Shown here: in pieces, positions 8,410-18,177 of the stretch
How positions within the stretch are numbered: the stretch's first letter is position 1
Layout: each line of letters starts with the position of its first letter
Assembly (NCBI GenBank): GCA_049513055.1
Contig: JBEKWN010000008.1
Span: 21,669 to 85,668, forward strand
Length of the DNA: 64,000 nt
Reading direction: 5' to 3'
Source of the DNA: Thermodesulfobacteriota bacterium
GTDB taxonomy: Bacteria; Desulfobacterota; BSN033; UBA1163
Program-made: the position numbers and the translations under genes
The notes under the pieces: generated by a model
The model's input: the letters and a program-made list of their open reading frames with translations, nothing else
The model's database searches: none
Told to the model about the DNA's origin: nothing

Positions 8410-10959
8410 TTAACTAATGGGCCATTCCGCTCGAATCGTTGTCCCTTTCCCTGCTGTAGACTCAATCACAAAAGTCCCTCCCGAAAGTTCGGTTCGTTCT
8501 CGCATACTGTTAAGCCCCAGTCCTCTTTTAGACCTTTCCGGAGAAAGAATTTCTTCCAAATCGAATCCCATCCCAGTATCTTTAATTGTCAATTCAATCT
8601 TGTTCTCTTTTTTTCTTAAGGAGAGATAAACGAGGTCAGCCTTGCTGTGTTTGGCGATATTGTTCAGGGCTTCCTGCATCACCCGGTAGATCACGGTTTT
8701 AAGAGGGGTAGAAACTTCACTCTCCTGGTGGTCAATCTCTTTTTGGACACGGATACGGGAATAGATTTTTTGATATTCACGGCAGAACCACCCAAGGGTA
8801 GCCAAGATCCCTAGGTCATCCAGGGTGGAAGGGCGCAAATCCATCTGGATCCTTCGAACCTCTTCAACGCTTTCTTTAACCATTGGAATGATAGCCTCTA
8901 ATGATTCTTCTTTTGCCTTAGCCTTTCCCTTACCCTTTACTTGGAGGATACTCTCTACTTTGAATTTGACAGCGGTCAACAATTGTCCAATTCCATCATG
9001 GAGTTCCATGGCAATACGTTTTCTTTCATTTTCCTGGACGGTTAAGAGCTGCGAAGAGAGGGAGCGGAGCCGATTCTCTGATTCTCTCAGTGCCTCCTCT
9101 GCTCGTTTCCGTTCGGAGATGTCCCGTGCAGCAGCAAAGATGCCCTGCATTTCTCCAACTTCATTCTTATATAGTGCGGCATTGTATAACACATCGGTGG
9201 TTCGTCCCGATGTGTGCCGAATGGAAAGAGGGTAGTCCCTCACAAACCCCTTCAGGAGAACCTCCTTGTATCCTTCTTTCGCTTTCTCGGGTTCAGTGAA
9301 GTAATCCGAAAAATCGCTTCCAATGAGATGGTCGCGGGAGAGGCCAGTAACCAGTTCGGTTGCACTGTTCACATCCATGATCTTCCCACCCCTACTGATG
9401 GTGACCAGAGGGTCAAGACTTGCTTCAATTAGACTCCGAGCATATAAAGATATGTCTCGCAGCTCTTCCTCTGTTTGCTTGCGCTCAGCCATTTCGTCTT
9501 GCAATGCCTCAACAACGCTCATGAGCTCTGCGGTTCGCTCCTGAACCCGTATTTCCAATTCGTCACGGGATTTGCGGAGTTCCTCCTCCATCCGCTTGCG
9601 CTCGGTGATGTCACGGAGGATTCCTGTGAAAAAAATTTCTTCCCCTGCTCCCCAGGTTGCCAGTGAAAGTTCCAATGGAAATTCATTGCAATCCTTCTTA
9701 AGCCCAGTCATTTCGATTGTTTTTCCGATAAGGTTTGATTTATCTGTCGAAACTACCTGATGGATTGCCTTTTGATGAATTTGGCGGAATCGTTCGGGTA
9801 TAATGAAGGTAACAGGTTTGCCGGTTACCTCATTAGTCGAATAACCAAAAACATTTTCTGCTGAGTTATTCCAGAAAATGATATTACCTTGTTTGTCAAT
9901 GGAGATAATGGCGTCATTTGCGGTTTGAACAACAGAACGAAAATGCTTTTCACTTGTCTCAAGGGATTCGAGTGTACGGCTGTTATGAAGAGCAACGGCG
10001 GCCAGCTCACCCAATGCCGACGCCATCCGGGCATCGTTCTCAGTGAACCCTCTCGGTTTATTGGCAAGGCCGAGTAAACCGATTACCTTCCCACTGATCG
10101 CCAGAGGAGCAAATAAAACATTATTGAGGTTTACGTGTCCCTCCGGCATATATTTCATATACCCACTGCTGGGAAAGTCATTATGAAAAACTGCCTTGCC
10201 AGTCCGGTATGCTTCTTCGCGTAGTCCACGGATAGGCATTGGGAGGTTTGGGTCAACCGTGCAACGAAGTCCCCCTGAGTCTAAAAATAGCACTTCATTT
10301 TCAGTACCATCTTTAGTCAATAAAGCAACATATCCAGCGTTGGCTCCAATTAGATTTTTACAAGAATCGAATATGGCTCTTGCTGCATCCTTAAACTTAC
10401 GGTTTTCCAAGACGGCTCTGGAGGCTTCCAGCAAGGCTGAGATCTCTGCCCTGCGCTGGTCTGTTTCTTTCAGCGCATTCTGAAGGGTTTCGTCAGTGCG
10501 CTTGCGGTCGGTAATGTCACGGCCATAGATGCGTAGGCGATTGTTCTCCGAAACATAGTAAATGGCCTGTTCGTACCAGGAGTCATTGATTTTTAGCTCG
10601 CGGATGATCGAACTTTTTCCCTGGTGTTTAAACATTTCGATCAACGACGACAAATCACTCAACGATGGATGGTGGGGCCCGGTTGTCTGGAGGTCTGGGA
10701 ACAATTGTTTCGCTGCCGGATTTAGATAGTAGACATTTCCAGCTAAATCGATCTCCATGATGGGGTTTGGGTTCAGTTCAGGAAAGGATGCAAGTTGCGC
10801 GAAGGTTTCATTAGCCTTCTTGAGGTGGGCGATCTCCTTCAGCGTCACCTTATCGCCTCCCTGGAGGGTACGCAATGTCTCTTCAGCCACTTCAAGGCGG
10901 GTTCGGAGTTCGTCAATCTCGAGTAGAAGCTGGGTTTTTGTCTTGGCATTTTTTTTCAT
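8410..10959 (-). CDS. Multidomain sensor histidine kinase: coiled coil, PAS, GAF, 2x PAS, HisKA_3 and HATPase_c (NarX/LiaS-type dimerization domain)
   Basis: 849 aa. HisKA_3 H-box ELHDGIGQLLT. Convergent with the NarL-type RR, with a 1 nt gap. Confidence 0.85.
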   Translation of the reverse strand: MKKNAKTKTQLLLEIDELRTRLEVAEETLRTLQGGDKVTLKEIAHLKKANETFAQLASFPELNPNPIMEIDLAGNVYYLNPAAKQLFPDLQTTGPHHPSLSDLSSLIEMFKHQGKSSIIRELKINDSWYEQAIYYVSENNRLRIYGRDITDRKRTDETLQNALKETDQRRAEISALLEASRAVLENRKFKDAARAIFDSCKNLIGANAGYVALLTKDGTENEVLFLDSGGLRCTVDPNLPMPIRGLREEAYRTGKAVFHNDFPSSGYMKYMPEGHVNLNNVLFAPLAISGKVIGLLGLANKPRGFTENDARMASALGELAAVALHNSRTLESLETSEKHFRSVVQTANDAIISIDKQGNIIFWNNSAENVFGYSTNEVTGKPVTFIIPERFRQIHQKAIHQVVSTDKSNLIGKTIEMTGLKKDCNEFPLELSLATWGAGEEIFFTGILRDITERKRMEEELRKSRDELEIRVQERTAELMSVVEALQDEMAERKQTEEELRDISLYARSLIEASLDPLVTISRGGKIMDVNSATELVTGLSRDHLIGSDFSDYFTEPEKAKEGYKEVLLKGFVRDYPLSIRHTSGRTTDVLYNAALYKNEVGEMQGIFAAARDISERKRAEEALRESENRLRSLSSQLLTVQENERKRIAMELHDGIGQLLTAVKFKVESILQVKGKGKAKAKEESLEAIIPMVKESVEEVRRIQMDLRPSTLDDLGILATLGWFCREYQKIYSRIRVQKEIDHQESEVSTPLKTVIYRVMQEALNNIAKHSKADLVYLSLRKKENKIELTIKDTGMGFDLEEILSPERSKRGLGLNSMRERTELSGGTFVIESTAGKGTTIRAEWPIS

Positions 10960-11020
10960 AAAACCACCTTCTTATTGTGATGACTAACTCATTTTTTAAG
11001 ATCTGTTGGTTCTTACATGC

Positions 11021-12022
11021 CTATTCCCTCAGAAATTGGGCCGTCTCTTCAGGAAAAGAGACATTGATATAGATGCCAGATCCCATTTCAAATCCTGCCG
11101 GGGTGGTCAGTCGGGGAATAATTTGAAGATGCCAATGGTAGTAATCTTCCTCTTCGTCTTTAATGGGAGCGGTATGGATGACAAAGTTATAATCCGGATT
11201 GTTCAATTTGGAATAAAGCCTGAATAAGGTTTCCTTTAAGACCTTTGCAAATCTTTTAGAATCCTCCACAGAGATTAAACCGAACGAGGCCTGATGCTCT
11301 TTTGGAATGATCCAGGTTTCGAAGGGAACTCGAGATGCAAAGGGCTGAAGGACGATAAACTTCTCCGTATCTATCACAATCCTCTTTTTAAAATTGAGTT
11401 CCTCCTGAATCGAATCGCAATAAACACACCTCCCATGGTCATCATAGTAGCGGGCTGCCTCTTCCAATTTCTTTCGAATATTGGAAGGGACGACCGCTGT
11501 TCCGACGATTTGAGAATGGGTATGCTCCAGCGATGTTCCAGCGGCTTTACCATGGTTTTTAAAGATGATGATCAATTTGATCCTTGGATCTTCCCTCAAG
11601 GCAAGATACCTCTCTCGATAGGCGAGGAGAACCTCTTCCACCTGTTTATCCTCCGTTAAAGGAAAGAGTTGATTATGGATAGGGCTTCCAATGACCACCT
11701 CATGGATCCCTACTCCATCCATCATTCTGAAAAATCCCTTCTCCTCTTTTCTCTCCAGACTCCCTTCTGGAGAAAGGGCAGGAAATTTATTGGGAATAAC
11801 CCTGACCCACCATCCTTTACTATCTGCCGGACCGCCCTTTCGATATGCAAGGGTTTCATGGGGGGTGAGGTGTTCGTTGCCAGGACAAAAAGGACAGTCC
11901 TCTTTATAAGCAGGTTTTTCTATGGCAGGTTCGATCTTTTTAAAATCGTGAGGTCTCTTTGAACGCTCCATTGCAATGATGACCCACTCTTTGGTGGTCG
12001 GATCTTGTCTTAATTGGGGCAT
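11021..12022 (-). CDS. galT: Galactose-1-phosphate uridylyltransferase (GalT)-like HIT-superfamily enzyme
   Basis: CPFCPGNE zinc motif and HTHSQI active-site HxHxQ motif. Confidence 0.7.
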   Translation of the reverse strand: MPQLRQDPTTKEWVIIAMERSKRPHDFKKIEPAIEKPAYKEDCPFCPGNEHLTPHETLAYRKGGPADSKGWWVRVIPNKFPALSPEGSLERKEEKGFFRMMDGVGIHEVVIGSPIHNQLFPLTEDKQVEEVLLAYRERYLALREDPRIKLIIIFKNHGKAAGTSLEHTHSQIVGTAVVPSNIRKKLEEAARYYDDHGRCVYCDSIQEELNFKKRIVIDTEKFIVLQPFASRVPFETWIIPKEHQASFGLISVEDSKRFAKVLKETLFRLYSKLNNPDYNFVIHTAPIKDEEEDYYHWHLQIIPRLTTPAGFEMGSGIYINVSFPEETAQFLRE

Positions 12023-12140
12023 GGTGACCTCCCTATCAATTTCGGTGTGTGAATTGCAGTATTTGGCCTTAACCTAAGGCCAAGAGTAACCCCACTAAAG
12101 CACCCAAAGGGATGGAAATGTAGGGGTTACAGGTGATCGC

Positions 12141-12230
12141 TCAGGAACTTCCAATGCTTCGGAAGAGAGTGCTTCCGCCAAATCCCACAGAGCCACCTAT
12201 TATGATACCCAATAAAATCTTCAGAATCAT
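12141..12230 (-). CDS. Candidate 29 aa hydrophobic glycine-rich peptide (MILKILLGIIIGGSVGFGGSTLFRSIGSS)
   Basis: Strong SD (AAGGAGGA) 6 nt upstream of the ATG. Not in the ORF track because it is too short. Confidence 0.25.
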   Translation of the reverse strand: MILKILLGIIIGGSVGFGGSTLFRSIGSS

Positions 12231-12363
12231 AAAGTCCTCCTTTTAAAAAATATCATTCCATTGCGAATAATTCAAGGAGATGATTTTTGAGATGAAAAGG
12301 CTTGTGTTTATGAAAAAGGGTGAGTATAATTTTTTTAATTTAAGATGGAGAAGGAGGATCAAA

Positions 12364-12759
12364 ATGAAAAAGTTGCTTTGGGTCGTCATGTTAGGTTCTT
12401 TCTTCCTTTTTTCTTCATGGGGTCAAACATTAGGTGAATCAAAAGCCCCGCCTAAAAAGACACCTGAATTATTGACACAAGGTAAAAAACTTTATGAACA
12501 GAATTGTGTGACCTGCCATGGCCCCAAAGGGGATGGGAAAGGTCAACTTAGAGCAGCTCTCACACCGCCGCCCTCAGACTTCACCAAGCCTTTTAATCAA
12601 TGGGCGAATGGCAAAGGAGACCTCAAGAAGGTTTTTGATGTGATCACAAAGGGAATTCCTAACACCTCCATGGTTAAATGGGATCAATTCTCTGAGCAGG
12701 AGCGCTGGGCATTGGTCTATACAGTTGTAGGATTTGCAGTTCCTCCGAAAAAGAAATGA
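12364..12759 (+). CDS. Monoheme class-I cytochrome c with a signal peptide
   Basis: ATG at 12364 preceded by a GGAGAAGGAGGA RBS. Single CVTCHGPKG heme-binding site plus a distal Met. Confidence 0.8.
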   Translation: MKKLLWVVMLGSFFLFSSWGQTLGESKAPPKKTPELLTQGKKLYEQNCVTCHGPKGDGKGQLRAALTPPPSDFTKPFNQWANGKGDLKKVFDVITKGIPNTSMVKWDQFSEQERWALVYTVVGFAVPPKKK

Positions 12760-12783
12760 AAATCGCCTGCCAACCGCAGACAG

Positions 12784-12819
12784 GCATAGCGCAAAGAGCA
12801 AAACGCATAGAGCATAGCG
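12784..12819. repeat. Copy of the short intergenic repeat family built from GCATAGCG units (gcatagcgcaaagagcaaaacgcatagagcatagcg)
   Basis: Shares GCGCAAAGAGCA plus GCATAGCG with the copy at 18065..18097. Confidence 0.4.
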
Positions 12820-12849
12820 GAAAAAGACATACCAAATAGACAGGATCAA

Positions 12850-13542
12850 GTGAAAGAGATGACATCTGAAGAATTATTATCGTTTAACGGAAAGGATGGA
12901 AGACCCGTCTATATTGCCTTTCAAGGGAAGGTTTATGACGTCTCCAAAAGCCCTCTCTGGTCTAAAGGTCTTCACATGAATAGGCATCCCTCAGGCAAGG
13001 ATCTTACTGGAGAGATCTCTGCGGCTCCTCATGGAACAGAAGTATTTGAGCGATATCCACAGGTGGGGGTTTTGAAAAAAGGAGCACCTGAGGAATTGAA
13101 ACACCTTCCTCCTGTACTTCAGAATCTTCTCCAAAAGTTTCCAATGGCAAGACGCCATCCTCACCCCATGGTCGTTCATTTTCCTATTGCCCTTTTGATG
13201 GCCTCAACCCTCTTTATCCTTCTCTATCTTATCTTTAAAAATCCTTCCTTCGAGATCACCAGTTTTTACCTCCTCATTCTGGGAGCAATCGCCTCTCCTT
13301 TTGCTATGGCCACGGGACTCCTCACTTGGTGGGTGAATTATCGATTGAAGCTCACCCTTTTTGTGAAGAGAAAGATTCAGTTTTCTATCCTCCTTCTTAT
13401 TTTCGAGATCATCCTCATCCTCTGGCGTAGTTTTCAATCACATATATCCAATCCCATCTATTTCATCATGGTCATTATCCTCCCTCCCATCGTTTCTATC
13501 CTGGGTTACTATGGAGGTCAGATGACCTTCCCCACTGAATGA
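12850..13542 (+). CDS. Cytochrome b5-like (MAPR-type) heme/steroid-binding domain fused to a DUF2231-like 4-TM membrane domain. The start is possibly at 12859.
   Basis: FNGKDGRPVYIAFQGKVYDVS...HPSGKDLT matches the cyt-b5/MAPR signature. HPHPMVVHFPIALL resembles DUF2231. Confidence 0.6.
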   Translation: MKEMTSEELLSFNGKDGRPVYIAFQGKVYDVSKSPLWSKGLHMNRHPSGKDLTGEISAAPHGTEVFERYPQVGVLKKGAPEELKHLPPVLQNLLQKFPMARRHPHPMVVHFPIALLMASTLFILLYLIFKNPSFEITSFYLLILGAIASPFAMATGLLTWWVNYRLKLTLFVKRKIQFSILLLIFEIILILWRSFQSHISNPIYFIMVIILPPIVSILGYYGGQMTFPTE

Positions 13543-13633
13543 AGAAAAAATTGGGGAGTTGAGGAGATAGGGTGATGGGGTAAAAGTCTTTATATCTTTT
13601 TCTCCCCAACGCCTCATCCCCCCATCTCCCTAT

Positions 13634-14875
13634 CTATTCTTTCTTGGAGAAAGCATAGAAGATCAGGCTAGCTGCCATTCCAATAAAGCAGATGAGGAAG
13701 GAGAGATGATAAGCCTCAGCTGGATAAGAATGATCGGTGCGGGGGAACCATTCAATAACTTTTCCTAATGCCGGCATGAAGACGGCCCCACCAGCCATGG
13801 TAAAGAAATTGATCCATGTCATCACGGTGCCCGAGATGCCGATGGGAAAAAGTTCTTTAGCGTGGGCGTAAATCACCATCCCGAAGCTGCAGAAAAAACC
13901 GATGAAGAAGAAGATGAGACCGAACCAGATTGGGCTCTGAATCTTTAAAACTCCAATCAGAGGAAACAGACTCAGACAATAAAGACTTAATCCCCCTAAG
14001 ATAACTCCTTTCCTAGAATGGAAGGTCCGATCAGAGAGCCGCCCTGCAATGGGAGCGCCCACAATGATTCCAATGGCTAGTAAGATGATTAGATTACCTG
14101 CTTGAACAGGGGAATATCCTTTGATATCTATGAGATAAGGTCCCAACCACAAACCCTGAAGGCCTACAAAAGTCCCGTATCTAAAAAAGGCAACAAAGCC
14201 TATCTGCCAGAAAGCAAGGGACCCGAGAATCAGACGAATCGATGGGAGAACTCCTATTTGAGGCTTAGAAGAGGTGGGAGAAAAAACTTCCCCATCCCCC
14301 ATCTTTTTTCCTCCTAAAACTCTGTATGCCGTAATGGTAAGGATGGCTGTCACCACACCGGCAATAACGAAAGCCATTCTCCATCCTATCGTGGAAGTGA
14401 GAAAGGCTAGAGGAGAAGCAGCAAAAATATTTCCCAACGTCCCAACTGCTTGAAGGAGGCCTACGAGGGTGACAAACTTATCAGGAGAGAACCTTAATAT
14501 GAAGACCTTCATTGAACCCATTAGCACTGAAGCCATCCCTACTCCAATTAGAATCCTTCCTAGAAGGGCTACAAGGAATGAATTCGCAAAGGCAAACACA
14601 AACGCTCCCAACGCCCCAATCATTAAAAAAGAGGTCATCACGATGCGTGGCCCAATTCGATCAAGCATGGGCCCCATTGGAATCTGAAGCAAGGCGAAGG
14701 AGTAGAAGAAAGCTCCCCCAAGAATGCCGAGGGTTTCCGCATCGAGTCCCAGATCTTTGATGAGGTTGGGAGCGATGACCGCGTTGGAGACTCGGTAAAA
14801 CATGGAAAGGATGAAGAGGGCTGAAAGAGTTGAGAAGATTAAAAAGAGTTTGGTGGATTGAGATGTCTCTGTCAT
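13634..14875 (-). CDS. MFS transporter
   Basis: 413 aa, 12 predicted TM, MFS loop motifs (GRLSDR). Confidence 0.8.
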   Translation of the reverse strand: MTETSQSTKLFLIFSTLSALFILSMFYRVSNAVIAPNLIKDLGLDAETLGILGGAFFYSFALLQIPMGPMLDRIGPRIVMTSFLMIGALGAFVFAFANSFLVALLGRILIGVGMASVLMGSMKVFILRFSPDKFVTLVGLLQAVGTLGNIFAASPLAFLTSTIGWRMAFVIAGVVTAILTITAYRVLGGKKMGDGEVFSPTSSKPQIGVLPSIRLILGSLAFWQIGFVAFFRYGTFVGLQGLWLGPYLIDIKGYSPVQAGNLIILLAIGIIVGAPIAGRLSDRTFHSRKGVILGGLSLYCLSLFPLIGVLKIQSPIWFGLIFFFIGFFCSFGMVIYAHAKELFPIGISGTVMTWINFFTMAGGAVFMPALGKVIEWFPRTDHSYPAEAYHLSFLICFIGMAASLIFYAFSKKE

Positions 14876-15009
14876 TTTACATCCCTGTGTAGTGAATAAT
14901 CACCTCCCTTTCTCTAAAAATGATTAAGGATAAATTCTATGCGAGACAGACCCAAAATATCCCCCTTGCATGGGATCTTTGGATCAGGGTTGAGGTTAGG
15001 TGTGTGATG

Positions 15010-15168
15010 CTAAGCCTTTTCAAACATATCTTTGGGAGCGCCGCACACGGGGCAGACCCATTCGTCCGGGAGTTTGTCAAAGGGTGTGTTTGGAGGGATA
15101 TTACCGTCAGGATCGCCTTTTTCGGGATCGTAAATATAACCGCAGACATTACATTTCCATTTTTCCAT
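15010..15168 (-). CDS. Rubredoxin of 52 aa ([52 protein letters not shown])
   Basis: Canonical CxxCG...CPxCG rubredoxin. Missed by the ORF track (under 60 aa) and hidden under two spurious overlapping ORFs. Confidence 0.85.
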   Translation of the reverse strand: MEKWKCNVCGYIYDPEKGDPDGNIPPNTPFDKLPDEWVCPVCGAPKDMFEKA

Positions 15169-15213
15169 CTCTATCTCCTATTCGAATTGAAATTCTAAGA
15201 AAGCAAGGAGCCT

Positions 15214-15231
15214 AAAGCATAACGCATAGCG
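15214..15231. repeat. Copy of the GCATAGCG intergenic repeat (aaagcataacgcatagcg), immediately followed by the GC hairpin
   Basis: Seen directly. Confidence 0.35.
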
Positions 15232-15235
15232 TCCA

Positions 15236-15275
15236 CCCCCTTCCCCCCTCAGGGGGGAGGATTGGGTGGGGGCGC
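15236..15275 (-). other. Strong nested GC hairpin between the ferritin-like and rubredoxin genes (CCACCCCCTTCCCCCCTCAGGGGGGAGGATTGGGTGG)
   Basis: No U-tract follows on the coding (minus) strand. Possibly an intra-operon processing or attenuation element. Confidence 0.3.
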
Positions 15276-15289
15276 CATGTGCTTTGGGA

Positions 15290-15736
15290 CTATTTCAGAA
15301 TCTCGTCGTCATAGATTTTTTCCAGTCTTAGTTTGTGCTTGGCTTCCTCATTGGACAAAAGGCTAAAGACTTTTTTCAAATTTTCATCTTGATTCGATTG
15401 ATTCATATTGTTGTAAAGTTTGAGAGCCCTCTCTTCCATTTTGATCGCCATTCGAAGGATGTCAGCATAGGGCATATCCGGCTTAAATTCTGCATCCACA
15501 ATATAGTCGCTGATCTTGAGATCAGGAACCTTCTCAATCTTTGCCTGGGCAATTTTTTTCAGGTCGAGCTTTTCGAGCATTTTCCGATGGCCCACCTCTT
15601 GCTGAGCCAGGTCGGAGAAAAGATCTTTAGCACCCGAATATTTTGCCACCTGACTGGCATTCGTATAAAAATTGTAAGATTTAATCTCTTTATCAATGGC
15701 AAACTTGATGATCTCCTTAAATTTCTTCTCGTCCAT
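15290..15736 (-). CDS. Ferritin-like / rubrerythrin-family diiron protein with no rubredoxin domain
   Basis: Two E...ExxH half-sites (QQEVGHRKM; NEEAKHKLR). Confidence 0.6.
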   Translation of the reverse strand: MDEKKFKEIIKFAIDKEIKSYNFYTNASQVAKYSGAKDLFSDLAQQEVGHRKMLEKLDLKKIAQAKIEKVPDLKISDYIVDAEFKPDMPYADILRMAIKMEERALKLYNNMNQSNQDENLKKVFSLLSNEEAKHKLRLEKIYDDEILK

Positions 15737-15852
15737 AACTACTCCTTTCTATTCCTGCTTCCTTTGAATAATTTCCCCCACTCAGATCCTAACCCCGCTT
15801 CATTTTACGAGATGCCTTCTCCATGGTCAAGACAAAATTGATAAAGTTTTTT

Positions 15853-15946
15853 AGTTCGTAGTAGGTAGTTCGGAGTATTTCAGAATTAATAAATCGTTAC
15901 TTATCATTGAAAATCTCCGAACTCTGAACTCATTACTCCGAACTAT
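15853..15946 (-). promoter_or_regulatory. Cluster of AGTTCGG/CCGAACT repeats forming an inverted repeat, upstream of the ferritin-like/rubredoxin operon
   Basis: gtagttcggagta (15865..15877) pairs with tactccgaactat (15934..15946). Extra half-sites agttcgtagta and ctccgaactctgaact. Confidence 0.3.
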
Positions 15947-18048
15947 GTTCTTTTTAACAGCCTCATTGAACTAAGGATGACAAGGAGTGAGCTGGCTTGG
16001 TGCATGACGGCACCCAGGATCATGGTGACCCATCCCTGGGCTGATAGAATAACCAAAACTGCATTAAAAAAGAGGGCGAAGATAAGATTTTCCCTGATCA
16101 CCCGAAGGGCCTTTTGGGAGAGTCGAATGACCGTGGGAATCTTTTCGAGCTCATCGGTCATCAGGGCAATGTCGGCTGTCTCGATGGCCACATCCGTTCC
16201 CACAGCTCCCATGGCGATGCCGATGTCGGCAGCAGCCAGGGCTGGGGCGTCATTCACACCGTCACCGACCATGGCCACTGTCTGACCCTGTTTTTTCCAT
16301 TCCTTTACCCTCATCACCTTCTCTTCGGGAAGAAGTTTTGCTTCGTACCTTATGCCTAATTGTTTTCCAATGCGGTCGGCAACCAGCTCACTGTCACCCG
16401 TGAGCATCCAAATTTCCGATACCCCTTGCTCCCTGATCTTATCAATAGCCTCCTTGGCTCCTTCCCTCAAGGTATCGGCAATGGAAATGATTCCCAGGAG
16501 ACGACGATCCAATGTGACGAGGAGGGAGGTCATCCCTTCCGATTGCTTTAGCTCCAACGACCCTTTTGCCGATTCCGGAATATCAACCCCTTCGCTTTTC
16601 ATCATTTCAGAACTCCCCACGATAATGGTCTTGGAGTTCCACTGAACCTTCACGCCTTTCCCTCTAAAATTTTCGAAGGACTGGGGATGAGGGATGCTCA
16701 GACCTAACTCTTCTGCTTTCTCCGTGATGGCTCTCGCCAAAGGGTGTTCAGAACGTTTCTCCGCAATCGCTGCCCAATAAAGGACTTCTTTTTCATCCAT
16801 TCCATCTAAAACATTTAACTCTACAACTTTTGGTCTTCCGTGTGTCAAGGTTCCGGTTTTATCCATCAAGAGGGTCTTCAATCTTCCCATCTGTTCCAGA
16901 TAAGCTCCTCCCTTGATCAGTATCCCCTGCCGGGCTGCATTTCCAATGGCCGCCACCACGGCGGTAGGTGTGCCCAGAACGAGAGCACACGGGCAGGCCA
17001 CGATGAGGATGGTGATCGCCCGGATGATCTCCCCTGTGACAAGAAAAGTGGCGAAGGCAATCAGGATAATGGCTGGGATGAAGTATCTCGAGAAACGGTC
17101 CATCACTCTTTGTGTGGGCGATTTCTCCGCTTGGGCTTCCAAAATCAGCCGTTTGATCTGGGCTAATTTCGTATCGTCAGCGACCTGTGTCGCTTCAATT
17201 TCGCAAGAGCCAGACTCATTGAAGGTTCCGCAGTAAACCTTATCCCCAGTCTCTTTTTCGATCGGAATCGACTCTCCAGTCAAAGTGGACTGATTGATCG
17301 AGCCACAACCAGAGATAATTTTGCCATCCACGGGGATTCTCTCTCCAGGCCTGACAATCACAACCTCCTTGGGCTTCACGTCCTCAATCGGAACCTGAAC
17401 TTCTTTATCCTCTCTTCTCACCCAGGCTGTTTTTGGAGAAAGTTGAATCAGGGAGGCAATTGCCTTCCGAGCTTTTCCCACAGTGACCCCTTCTAAGAAT
17501 TCACCCAGAAGCATAATGAAGATGACCGTTGCTGCTTCTCGATAGGCACCCACTGCCGTGGCTGAGATGGCAGCAATGGAAACAAGGGTATCCACATTTA
17601 AATCCGGAATGAGGAGCGTCTGGATAGCACTCTTCACAATCGGGTAACCGCCAAGAATCAAGGAAGCGATGGCAAGAACAGTCGGGAGGTAGAAGGGACC
17701 CAAACCAATCCACCCGAAAATCCAGGAGAGGCCAAGGGTAACTCCTGAGAGGGTTAGAAAGATGAAAGACCTTTTCTTGTTCCAGAAGGTCCGAGTTCTT
17801 TCTGCGAAGGTCTCCCTGACCGCATAACCGGGTTTGGTAATCGCTTTTTTGATTCGATCTTCTTCCACCCGATGAGGGTCGTAGTAAATAGTGGCAGAAG
17901 AGAGGACATAACTTACCTCTGCAGAGAGGACTCCAGGGACATGTTCTACCGAGCGTTCAATATTCAGGGCGCAATCGCCACAATGGATGTTCTCAATATT
18001 GACGACGATCTTAGATTTACCTTCAAACTTCTTTTCTTTCTCTTCCAT
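15943..18048 (-). CDS. Heavy-metal-translocating P1B-type ATPase (CopA/ZntA-like) with an N-terminal HMA domain
   Basis: N-terminal CGDC metal-binding motif, TM CPC, DKTGTLT, GDGVNDAPAL. 701 aa. Confidence 0.9.
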   Translation of the reverse strand: MEEKEKKFEGKSKIVVNIENIHCGDCALNIERSVEHVPGVLSAEVSYVLSSATIYYDPHRVEEDRIKKAITKPGYAVRETFAERTRTFWNKKRSFIFLTLSGVTLGLSWIFGWIGLGPFYLPTVLAIASLILGGYPIVKSAIQTLLIPDLNVDTLVSIAAISATAVGAYREAATVIFIMLLGEFLEGVTVGKARKAIASLIQLSPKTAWVRREDKEVQVPIEDVKPKEVVIVRPGERIPVDGKIISGCGSINQSTLTGESIPIEKETGDKVYCGTFNESGSCEIEATQVADDTKLAQIKRLILEAQAEKSPTQRVMDRFSRYFIPAIILIAFATFLVTGEIIRAITILIVACPCALVLGTPTAVVAAIGNAARQGILIKGGAYLEQMGRLKTLLMDKTGTLTHGRPKVVELNVLDGMDEKEVLYWAAIAEKRSEHPLARAITEKAEELGLSIPHPQSFENFRGKGVKVQWNSKTIIVGSSEMMKSEGVDIPESAKGSLELKQSEGMTSLLVTLDRRLLGIISIADTLREGAKEAIDKIREQGVSEIWMLTGDSELVADRIGKQLGIRYEAKLLPEEKVMRVKEWKKQGQTVAMVGDGVNDAPALAAADIGIAMGAVGTDVAIETADIALMTDELEKIPTVIRLSQKALRVIRENLIFALFFNAVLVILSAQGWVTMILGAVMHQASSLLVILSSMRLLKRT

Positions 18049-18064
18049 TGCTCTTCACTACTAA

Positions 18065-18097
18065 AATCGCAAAGCGCAAAGAGCATAGCGCATAGCG
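18065..18097. repeat. Copy of the GCATAGCG intergenic repeat (aatcgcaaagcgcaaagagcatagcgcatagcg)
   Basis: Seen directly. Confidence 0.4.
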
Positions 18098-18177
18098 AAA
18101 TAATATTTCCTTTAAAGTTTTATAGAAAAAAACACTTTATTCTGCGCCGAGATTCCGCATTCCGCAATCTGCAATAC

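Noticed and set aside
14920-15198. Two overlapping track ORFs, 14920..15198 (+) and 14937..15149 (-)
   Set aside because: A textbook rubredoxin is encoded in a different minus-strand frame at 15010..15168. The track ORFs have no homology signal.
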